A stretch of 64,000 nucleotides of DNA from Phoronis australis. Its lineage: Eukaryota > Animalia > Phoronida. Below, piece after piece: positions 15,601 to 27,600 of the stretch. How positions within the stretch are numbered: the first letter of the stretch is position 1; each line of letters opens with the position of its first letter. Where the stretch lies: positions 282,782 to 346,781 of the forward strand of contig NMRA01000413.1 in the NCBI GenBank assembly GCA_002633005.1. The letters are read 5' to 3'. The notes beneath the pieces were generated by a model, which saw only the letters and a list, made by a program, of their open reading frames with translations, was not told the origin of the DNA and did not search any database. Made by a program: the position numbers and the translations under genes.

Positions 15601-18600
15601 ATAATTATCGGCAAATTATCCGCTCTGTTGCTGAAATGAAAATGTCAACTCGACGACGAAATTCACACATATTAAGCCGATTCAAATACCTTTGTATTCA
15701 ATCGAATCTCCTTTGCTTGCCGCTCCTTTACAATGCATTCGACGAAGGAACAAATATAAACAGTGAATTTGACAGCCGTTTTAATGATGTGGGTACATTT
15801 CGTGCACTGAGGCAGTGGAATGTCAATAAAAACATACAATATAAGTGTTATGTTTGTGAAACTTTCAGTGTATTATTTCTGTGTGTTTCTACATGTTAAC
15901 GACTACTAAACAAACACACGAGGCGTACAAAGCAATAACACACAATGCCATTTCTCACGAGCGCACGTGCGTGTTCGGTTAGGTCAAGGACTAGAACTGC
16001 GTGACTGCGGATATCCATCGACTTACGAAATCATTTGTTAAAAAGTCACAAGGTTTCGAGAGAACTTGACCAGCATAATGTATTGTGATACGATGCAATG
16101 GAACGAGTTCGATGGAGTAAGTTTCAACAAAACATTTTTAAATTGTTGCCGAACACAAAAAACTTCACCCCAGGTTTTTAAAAACGTCTCTAATATTTGG
16201 TTTAAACCTTTACTTCGAATAAATCCTCATGCTCTATAATGCTACGTAGCTCTATAGACACGCTGCTTATTACTGATGTTGGTAGTCGTAAGTAAGACTT
16301 TCGCGTTAATTGTTGTACACAATTTGCAGACGGAAATAAACTGCCCATTTTACAAGATTAGGAAAAAGAAATGTTCACAAACGGACGCCTGACGTCTTAC
16401 TTAGATCGCATAAAATCAACTAGATAACAAGATTTATTCAAATCGTGTTTGTTTCGTTTGATCTGACAGCAGTTCGAGCCAATGCCAATACAAATAATGT
16501 GTACACTAATGGAACATGTTTGCTGACAAGAAAATTTTGTAACAAATATTATTCCATATCGTTTTACAGTTGACACTGGGCAGAGAGCAAACAGGTCTCT
16601 TCACCTAATGCAAACGGTACACTAAGGGATTTAGAAAGCGTAGTTTGATTTAGATAATGCCGGACTACGACTTCGTAATTTACAGTAGCTGTTCTACCCC
16701 ACCACCCAGATTCTGTGATACTCCAGAGCATTTACTCATTTACTTGGCTAAGACATAAGAGACTTTGTGCTGCCTCTGTGATTTGTGGCAAACATGAAAT
16801 AAATTGGAACTGGTTTGGAAATAGATTTGTTAATTTTTCAACGTATTTACCGTGAGAGAAATTGTTCAGGAATCTCCCAGACTGGCGGTTTCTTGTAGAT
16901 ATTTGCTGTTCATAGTGTGTGTCAAGCGGTACCAATTTTTTTAATGTCATCAAATTGTCCACGTCGTTTTCTTGAGCCTCGTAGGTCGTGATGGCAATGG
17001 GGTTCTTTTCATGACACAAACGTCAAACACTTCAACACAAATTTGACTTCCTTTTTTATTTGCACGTGGTTCAGGTGGCAATTTTAACTAGCGTTAGTTT
17101 TATCATAGAACTCTAGTCCTGGAGTGACAATTTCGATCTCGCGCTCCTGGGGTTGCGCCACGCATGCGTGGCATTTATTTGCTTTCGTTTGTTCCGGTGT
17201 CGGTTATTTCTATGTGAATCACGGTCACTAAAATTTTTCGCAACTCCGCCGTTTTTCGACCGATTTGTATAACATAAGAAAGCGCTTTATCATGTGCACG
17301 ATTATAGCAGAAGCAAACGATGAACAATTTAATTCATAAATAATCATCATTTCACATACCTGACCGGTTTAGAAAATATTTTTAATTCTAAAAACCAAGA
17401 GTGTTACCAAAATGCGAAAAATAACAGGGTGTAATAGTAACATAAACAAAATAAATGAACCAGGGAGGTCATATATACATCCAAAAGCGCCTGGCGTTTT
17501 TGTCGAAAAGGCTAGTGCTTGAAAAACCCTTGAAACGTTTGTTTTTTTTTTGCTTTTAAGTCGAACTGGAAACAATGCTTTGTCGCCTGGGAAATTACAG
17601 TGGCATATGATAATATGTCAGTGTCGCCGTGCGTCGAAAAGTGGGACACTTTGACGGTGTGGCGGGATGGCAGGAAAAAGTCAAAATGTTGGATAGTCCA
17701 CCATGAGTGAAACAACTGAAAAGTACAATGTAAGCTGTCAGTAACAAAAAGTACTGGATTGAAATTTTTAAAAGGTAAACTTTACATTTTTTAAAGTTTA
17801 TTTCGCTGGTATAGGGAAATACTGCAGATAATCCCGAAATCGAATTTGCAATAAAGTATATCGGCAACAGGTAAGCATTGCACAAATGAATTATTATAGA
17901 AACAATTGAAAACAATCATAATTGATGCGACACCAATGCACATCCTCCGCTACGCGAACACGAGTAGTTTTTCGAAAGTCACGTAAAAACACTTTCTAGT
18001 AGGGGCTAAAACTTTTCATTGATAATTGCAGAAGAAACACTCAGAAACCAAACATCACTTTATTTCGTGAACTACAGTAGCATGATTGTAACACCCGATG
18101 AAAAGCCTTGTTAAAAACTCCAAGCATGTAGTTTGATAGGTTGTCGAAAGTGGTTCTAAGAGTAGAGATGAAACGGGCCAGACTATTTCCGGTATCCGCC
18201 AGGGTGCGTATAAAAATTATTAATGTTATTGTCGAGTTTGTTGACTAATTTTGCAGTGAAATCGCTGGTTGTCTAGAGCCGTAGCCGATGAGTCTTGCTT
18301 GATGAACAAAAATGTCAAAATGAAAATGAAACGGTTAAATTAGGCTTGATTTGATAACTCCAAAACTCGATCAAATCTCACTGTCGAGCAGACAGTAGGA
18401 AATTCTCTGTGCAAACTCTCGCGGCTAGTCTCGGGGTCGTAAACTTTGATAATACATTCGTCATGTCCAGGAATTGGCATTCCAGGGCTGGAGTTTTATG
18501 TAAATGTGTCAATACGGCCGCCATGGTAAAGTGCACTGGTTGGCTTGAACAGTTGGTTTGCCTTGACCTAACCAGATCTGTGGCTTGGCGTGCGTTCAGT

Positions 18601-21600
18601 AAGGCTAGGACCTACGCTAGGACTTAGCTAAAATCTAGTCAAAGTTACGTGTTTTTATTTGAAATACGTGGCAATATCTCACGTAATCTCGCGAAGTCTT
18701 GCTTTTTAGCGAGGTCCTAGCGTTAGTGAACGAGAGGCTGGGGTGCCTTGCCTAAGGTCTGCGTTCTGTAGACTCAAAAAATCGAGAACGAGCAAAATGG
18801 CACAAGTCTTCGTGAGATATCGCCCGCCATTATAAACAAAGCATGTGATCACACTAGCTTGCAAATATCTTGTTTCTACGGAACGAGACCAACCGTGTCA
18901 AATATCCTGATTAAAATTTGAGTTAATTGCACATTTATCAACTTAGCGTATTCCCAGGTGTGGAGCGGAATCTGTTTTCACTGATTTATGCATTTGTGGA
19001 AAGGTCAGATCCTAACCAAGGTGATTTCGTCAAAAGAATACCAAACCCGGTTTTGGCCTATGAACATATATTAAAAACAACTTTCCCATCCAGTTCCCTG
19101 AAACAAAATAATTCTCTGTAACCATCGACAACCCTGAAAAGTTTGTAGGAAAATTTGAAAACTTTTAAAGTTTTCTAAACGGGCAAGCGTGGCCTACGCT
19201 TTTAGCGCTTTACACAGCAACTGTGGAGAAAAGTGACAAATCTGTGACACAGGGAATATGAGTTTTAGTCAATTCTTGCCTTTAACTTGGAAGGTTGACG
19301 CCTATGATACTTTAGCACGTGACAGAACGAGGATTGGTGGAAATCATCAAAGCATGGTTTAGTATCCTTTTAACTATTGCTGGCTATTAATTACAAGCTG
19401 ATTATTAACGGCGTAGTGTAGTTATAACGGTTTTCTCAAAGTCCAAACTTAACAAAAATTTATGACTCCACTTAGTTTCCGTCAACTGTCGTTAATGATT
19501 CTGTTTCTTTTCCAGTCGTGTTGCTTTGATGTGACTCAACAATATTTTGTGTAATGAACTTTTGCTACATTTCTGACCTATCCGTTTGTCCCGTGGGGTT
19601 GTACCGCGTGTTAAATTTGTTCTAACAATGTAACTAGCTTGTATTAAGAACTAAAATACAAGCATTAGTCAGTCCCTGGGCGAAACGTCAGTAAAAGGTT
19701 ATTGTGTTTTAGTTCCAAATCAATCAGAAACTGTAAGCAACTAATCGTCCCGTTATGCACAGAAAAAAAAAACAGGAAGAATCCTTTAGTTTCAGACAAT
19801 GATTTTCCTAAAGGTCAGCTACAGTTTTGTAACAAATTAGACTATGTGTTCATTAGTATATGCCAACTAATGGTGACTATTGCTTTCAAAAAGAAAGACC
19901 AACTTCTCTAGACATAAGAAATGATATTTTCTTTTTTCGAAAATTGACCTGTGTCCTAAATTTGAGAGTACCCAAAGTTGTCTATTCATTAGGGATTTTG
20001 TATCTTTTTTCCTTTCTTCACACGTTTTCTCTTTATTGTGCAACTTAGCAATTTTTTTTCAACTACTTTAACTGTGTCAAATGTCCGAAATCGTTTTAAA
20101 TGGACACTGCTCTCAAATTTCACGTACATAAGCAACAATAGAGGAATTTTCATCGCAGGTGTTATTCTTTAAAAACGTGGAACTTCAGTACCGGATTGTC
20201 CAGTCAGAGCCAAGTAATTTGCAGCTTAGGGCCCTGCACAAATTAGGGGCCCCGCCCCGTATCCAACTTGACCCCTCGAAAGTTGTGGCAAAATCTCAGA
20301 TTACCATCATATCTCTCGAGGGACCTCTGACCAGCTTTCGGACATTCAAGGTTATGCCCTAAAATGTTTACCGCATCACCATACTCGCAAGTCAATAGCC
20401 GCATGGCCTGAAGTCTCTCTGGACATTGACTCGAACTCCAATTTATTGCTGACATTTTGTCTTTTCTAATTTACAGTACAAACTTTAGATAACAGTCTAT
20501 CATTCTGTGCTTGAGTACGTCATTCTTTACTTGGATAAATGTAGAATCGCAGTTCGCACTTGATGAACCCAGGATTAAGGGTATGATTACGGGTGACGCC
20601 GATAGGTTAGTTATACCGGAAGTGCCACTCAGGTGGTTGGCGTTTCCACGAACTGTTTTCCTACGACAAAATTCCATACAACGGGTTACGTGTACACAGT
20701 CAAATTCTGGTTTCCTACGCTGCATATTTACAAGACTTTATTGCAAAGTTTTAGCTATTAGATCTTAAATTTCACCGATTGCTGGAATGTGTTTAAAAAA
20801 TGGCTATGCTGGATGGTTAGGGCATTTAACGTGCTAAGTTACTGAATAACAAGTCACGATAATCTAAGACAAAAATGTGCCTTTCTCCATGACAACACGT
20901 AATTCTTAGGTCAAGCACTAAGACGCTGTACGTCAAATAAATTGGTTTTAATGTTTAATCTGTAATGAATGAGGTTGACAAGATTGGTTATTTATTTTCT
21001 CCGTCCATGTTCCCTTCATATAAAATATATTATACGCTCTCGGCGTTAATTACCGTGTAATTAATTATCTAGTCATATCCATACTGAATGAAAAGCAGAA
21101 GTGATGTGATTGACTGCAGAAAATGTGCACGATATCTGGAAGCATGACTGATGGTGATCGTGCAACGATATTCCAATTTCAAACGATCTTTGGTTCCATG
21201 AGTAATTGTATGCTTGGCATGGCCACAGCTGCCAAAGGACATTCTTGCCTTCGGTATTCAGCATAATTGCGTTTTGTTCCCCATCTTGCCCAACAATTAA
21301 ACAAACGTCATTCATTTACTGTTTTTTGATAATTTACCCTTATGACTCTACTTAAATTTTTGAAAAGCATATTTACAATCAGTTTTACGATTATTTTCAA
21401 TGTAAGTGCTTGATAGTATGTGTGGGACTTTTGAGCGCACTCTTCAAAATGGAAATCAAGGGTAAATGAATAGGGAAATAATAAGTTACCTACCTGCTTT
21501 TGGTAAACTGAAACAGCATTGCTGCAATCCCCCATCTTCAAAATATTTGAATGACTATCAGTGTGTTCACATGAACGACAACAAAAATACTAACCCATCT

Positions 21601-24600
21601 TCAATACTACGAGGTCTCTATTAGGGGTCCACCCTGGGTCCATTAATAGTTTTCGTTTTCATGGCTGATTTTGCCAGCTGTGTCATTTTTTATTACATTC
21701 TTTATGCTGATATAACAATTAGATGTATTAACGGTATTCATAGTTCATTGTCTGATAATGAATTTCGTGTAATTTCTAGCGAACTTCAGAAAAGTCAATT
21801 CTTAAATAGTTGAATGCAAATTACATGTATCAGGTGTTTCATAAACGTTCAAATTTATAAATAAGTTTCATCGAAACTTTTGGAAATTAAAACATTTCAT
21901 TCTTTTTACATGGTGTAACTGCTCGTGCTAAAGTCTCGTTGGCGCCATATTGTGGTTTGTTGCAATGGCTTTGTCAACATCATGAATTGTGGCAAAAGTT
22001 ATGTCGTGTCATCTCGTTACATTTGTCTGCCAATGCCCATACAAATCCATTATGTCACAGAACAAAGTTATTCCAAATAAATGAACTCGCACTCAACAAA
22101 TTGTTTTCGCAATTCTTTACCTTCGTATCTCAATAAATTTAATTTAATTAACCCAAGTTATTTTTCCTTATACTAGATAACGGCATCTGTGCTTATTGTC
22201 ACTATATTCAATGAATCAAGGTTATGTTGGGTCCGAGAAAAATCTTCTAATTGAACTAAGTCTGGAACACTGTATCTCAGAAATGGTGCATCGGATTCAA
22301 ACGAAACTTTTAGATACCATGCCTTATGCAGTTTTCTCTAAAATTCTGTAAGGATAGGTTATTCAAGTGTCCCATTTTGCTTTCAAAACAGGACTGCTGT
22401 GGTATTTACGAAAACACTTGCTCATTTATATCAAAGGAAATTTGGTCGTGATATGTGATTCCGTTGTTTTATTACGAGTGTACCTTTCTTTTTGCTAAAT
22501 GTTACTGAAAGGGCTTGGTCAAGTGACTCAGCCAAATGCAGATTGATACAAAATAAAGGCTCAGTCACGTGACTCAACCAAATGCAGATTGATATAAAAT
22601 GAAAATTCAACATTAACATGCTTTCTACTTTCAGAAAATATTACTTTTCGAGTGTGTAACATTATAGTTTCATGGATATTTGGCTGAATTCTTACTTGTC
22701 GGTAAAGTCCTACATAATCTTAAGCTTAGGTTCCACGTGTTCCTAATTTCTGTCGTAGCGAATGTTTTTCCGGTGGCCCCGTGTTCATCGTACACTTTGG
22801 GTCCTTCACAGAGTCCTTAAATATGCTTCTTTGTATATAACGTAAATAAAGCGCATCAGTACAAAAGACACGGCTGAAGATTTTCTGTGATAAAACAAAG
22901 GCAGCTAACGCATGGTTATGTCGGGCCTTATTGACAATCTGCATATTCAGCCAAATATTTACACAACTATAGAATTTAGCTTACTATTGTAGAAAGTCTT
23001 TAGGTTTTAAGCAGGTTGACATTTACCAATCTGTTATTTATTGGGTCACGTGGCCACATTTTTAGTAATAAATTACGAAAAGAAAGGTACCCTGAAAGCA
23101 AAACAACGGTATCAACAATATTATCAGCTTTTATTTATTATAAATGTCTTGTTGAGATCTAAAAAACGCTGTTCTAGAATTAATGTCTTTTCCTTTCCGT
23201 TTTATACAACTTCATGGACATCATAAAATTGCTATTTTGAAAGCCCCTCATGGAACACTTTTAAATCCCAAAAGCATTTAGGGGAACAGTGAATAAATCG
23301 TAGTCTCTGAAAGTTTCATATGAATCCGATGAGACGTTTCTGAGATATGATATTCCAAATTTGGACATTTTTCCAGGGTCTGGTGTAACCTAAGTTATAG
23401 ATATACAGTGTGCCACAATAACATTTTTACAAACAGCAATAAAATTGAATTATTCTTATTGCTTCTTATTTTCAGTTCCAGGTTTAACGGAATCTCCTCC
23501 GTACGCAGTCGTCGTTTTGATTCACGGAGATTCCTACGACTTTGGAACTGGCAATGCCTATGACGGCAGTGTTCTGGCGAGTTACGGGCAAGTCATTGTA
23601 GTCACTCTCAACTACAGACTCGGAGCTTTAGGTAAAGCAAATTGATGCAGATGTCTTCTCTTTTAGGGTAAAAACTTTAGATCGACCAACCAAAATTATA
23701 TTTTGCCAGTCACCATTTTGTTGCTGGCTAGAATTGACCATTGTTTCTATGTAACGTCTTAATGTGTAATTATGTCATAGTGACATTTTGTCGAAAACTG
23801 TACTATTTGCGTAAGTTTGTTACCAGCATTCTTTTTGAAGTGAAGTTGATGTATGGTGTTTGCGCGGCTCTAAAACTGGGGGAACATTATCCCAGGGAAG
23901 TTTCGATTGGGGACAAGTATTGGTGAGCTGTGATGGAAATTGACCATGTTTTTTGAATTTGGTGTAAAAGCAAAGCAAGAAAAACGGGGAAAAGTCGGAC
24001 CCAAATCTGAGGCGCAGCGCCACCTATACGGAAGAGTGGCGCTGTGGAATGATGATGATCGACACGTTAACTAGTTCGTAATGTTGCCTAAGCCTGGCCA
24101 TCCCAACAAAGACACAGAGTGTTCATCTCAACAATATAGCTGTCTGATACAATTACATGTAATAGGCCCGGCTACTTTGGTGCCAGATGCCACTCGATAA
24201 TGGCTTTACATCTATACAGGGTCACTCTTCGCGTATGACGCGCTTCTGTTATAGTTCCTAGTGAATGCACAACACTGACGCAAACCGTATCCTACAGACT
24301 GAACAAGATTTTCCTTTTTATACAAAACCGCTCAGAAATGTGACCACATTTTAGTTTATTCGAAGCTGACTGCGTGCTGGCGGCCGAAATGAGGCTAATG
24401 ACTACGCAGAAATCGTCACTTGCCTTGGTTTGAACGTTTGTCGTTAACATATGGTACAGGAAAGAACCAGACAAGTATAGCAAATCGTTTTCTTGTTTTG
24501 TTTAATGCCTTGTCATGTTGAGTGTGTAAAAAACACGAACTTTTGTGGAATAAATCGATTTAGACTGCTCTTGATGTTACTACAGCTGCAAGCCGCACTG

Positions 24601-27600
24601 GCATTTCTAAATAGATAGGGCAATATTCTTGACGTACATTTCTCAACATCAAGCAATCGGAGTGTCTAATATTTTGCAACCAATCGGAATGCCCGAATGT
24701 TGCTTTGTTCTTTTAATCAATGAGAAGCCATGTTACATGATCTCTCCACAGTGCTGTCGAGCCCTTGTAGCTCTGGGAAAGAATGCAAACGCCCATTGGA
24801 ATTCACTAATGCTTCGAGTTAATCCATTTCGGACAATGGTTACCACGCACGCGCACTGATATGATTTCCGCATAATTCCAAGGAACAACTGAGTAGTGTA
24901 AACGCAAATACAGATGGGCGCAAAGATTTCTGAAATATTTTACACCCAGTTGAAAAGTAATGTAATCAGCACAACAGTCACCGGGCATTCATTTTTACAA
25001 GGATATCATTTGATGTACAAACAACTAATAGTAAGAAGTGAGCGGCTGGTGTTGCTCCATTACTAAAAGCAATTCAGGCTCTGCGCTAAGCCATGATAAT
25101 GGGAGCGCTAAAATGACGTTAGCGAGAGCATTTCATTGACAGCGACAAGTGATATGAACGGAACTGTTGTATGAAATTGGTCACAAACGTGGTCTATCAC
25201 AAAGAAATATTATTTTCCAAAAATGAGTAGGAATAAAAAGAAATACTGACAAATTTAGAAGGAAACAACACCCAGTTAAGGTCTATTAACAGGAATTAAT
25301 TATTAGTTCTTCGTTTACATCTATGAAATGAGATCGAGCTCAGTTCCTGTTATCAATCTTCAAAAGTTTGGAATGAGTTTTAAAATTCTTAAGAAAATCT
25401 GCAGCAAGTGTGACTAACGCTTTAAGCCAATCACATGGCGACTGTTGCTCAGGGGATGTACCTGCGGTGCATCATTGGCTGACCGAACCCGCTTTTGTTG
25501 GAATCGTTTGAACTTTTCTTGGTGTCCTTTTGAAAGGATAATTCCTCTTTACTTACCACTAAATACATAAATTATCAACTTGGCTACTCAACTACAAAAA
25601 TGGTTTCAAATCTGTCCCAACCATGACAGACGTGATTCCTCAGATCGTTTGAAGCATTCTTAGGCAAAAACGTCACCATTTCTGAAAAGCTTGGCCAAAG
25701 TTTTCAACCTCGGGCCATTTAATATCAGTTATATGTGATCTTCCAATTGATTTTGGTGAAAACCTACACGTATTGATTTAATACCAATAACATTTTAAGG
25801 TCATTTACATAGAGTTAACCATCATATTTCTAAATTTCTAGCACCATTGTGTTCTGTTTGTTCATGTGTATGTTCACGTTTTCATAGGGTTCTTGTCGAC
25901 GGGTGACAGACACGCTGCCGGAAATTATGCTTTGTTAGACATCGCCGCCGCTCTTCAGTGGCTCAAACAAAATATACGCCCGTTTGGCGGGGATCCATCA
26001 CGTGTGACTCTTCTTGGACAGGGAACCGGTGCGGCGCTAGTTAACATCCTCTCGTCATACGCGCCATACCCTCAGTGTAAGTAACATGCACAATACTTCG
26101 AAATTTATTTCAAATCAAACGTATTTTTGTGTAACCAACAGAAACAGAAGTTAAATAAACTATACGAAGTAAATTCATTTTTTAATTACTTGACAGAACC
26201 AGGTTTAAAATCAAAGAATATCCTTGGATGTCTCCAAGATTTTCCTTGTACAAGTGTTTAAGTATAATTCCTGTTTCTAATTTTCAGATTTCAAAGAGGC
26301 AGCATTATTTCGAAGAATCATTCTCCAATCGGGATCGGCACTTGCTTCGTGGGCTGTCTCAAAAACTCCGGTGAAATGGGCCCGAAAGCTGTGGGAAAGT
26401 CTAAACTGCTCTAATGATAGAAAACGAGATCATTTTAGTATGATTGAGTGTATTAAGAGCAAGTCTGCCGATGAAATAGTTTACGCAGACATAAAGTTCA
26501 ATAGCAAATACTCATGTGCTTTCTGTCCGGTCGAGGGTGATGAACATGGCTCCAAAATGTTGCCACGAAATGTCGAAGATTTGTTGAAGAGACCTCATGC
26601 ACCGTTCAACCAGATGGAAATTCTCATGGGATTAACACGTGACGAGGGATTTAGTATGATGAAGCAATCCCAAGTAGACGGGATTGAAGCACAAGAGCGT
26701 GAGAGAATCATTGAGACGTACGTCAACTCGCAATACAAGCAACGTCAACCCTCTATTGTTCACATTGTAGACTTCTCTTACAAAGATCACGAGAGAGATG
26801 AAGACGAACCAAGAATGAGAAGCAACATGATGGAGATGTTGGGTGACGGACAGTTCAACGTGCCAATGCTTAAATTGGCTAATCTTCACGCCACTAAAAA
26901 CAAAACCTACTTCTATGTGTTTGGATATCCGAGCCGCGGTCCTGATTACCCCGACGGCGGCGCTAGTGTTCAAGGAGATGACCTCATGTACGTCATGGGG
27001 GCACCATTAGCTGAAGTAACACCTTTCCGAAAGGGTTTCGGAAATGGTGAACGCATGATTAGCGAGGCTGTACTGAGATACTTTACCAACTTCATAAAAT
27101 CTGGGTAAGCTTTACATTGTAATCTTTCATACATTACTACAATCGTCAGGTGATACAAAGAGGCCACAATATTGTACATTCCACTCACAATTTGTTACTT
27201 GTGGCTTGACCTAAAGAGAAACGATGCATTTTTGACGTTACGTAAAATAAAAAGGCATACAGATCTTTGGCCATCTTGGAGATATATTTTTGGTATTCGT
27301 TTATGTTCCCTTGGCGTGTATTTATTATCCAAGATGCAAAAGATGAATGGTCTCTCTTTTTACTCGCTGTAAAACACCGTCTCTGTTGGTCGTTTTGTTT
27401 GCCCAGTTGAAGTGAATGTAGAACCACTATGCGGGCGTTTTACATCACTTTTCTTTGGCAGATGGGACAGCAGAGAGAATTTTTGGACTGATCCGACAGT
27501 CAGTGTGTTCTCTAGTGGTAATATTTTTTATGGTAGCCTCTGTGTATTCGGAGTTCCTTGACGGATTTTCATGAAATATGACGATAGATATCTGCTAAGG

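Noticed and set aside
15342-15899. 185-aa ORF
   Set aside because: Non-ATG start, composition typical of AT-rich non-coding DNA, no motif.
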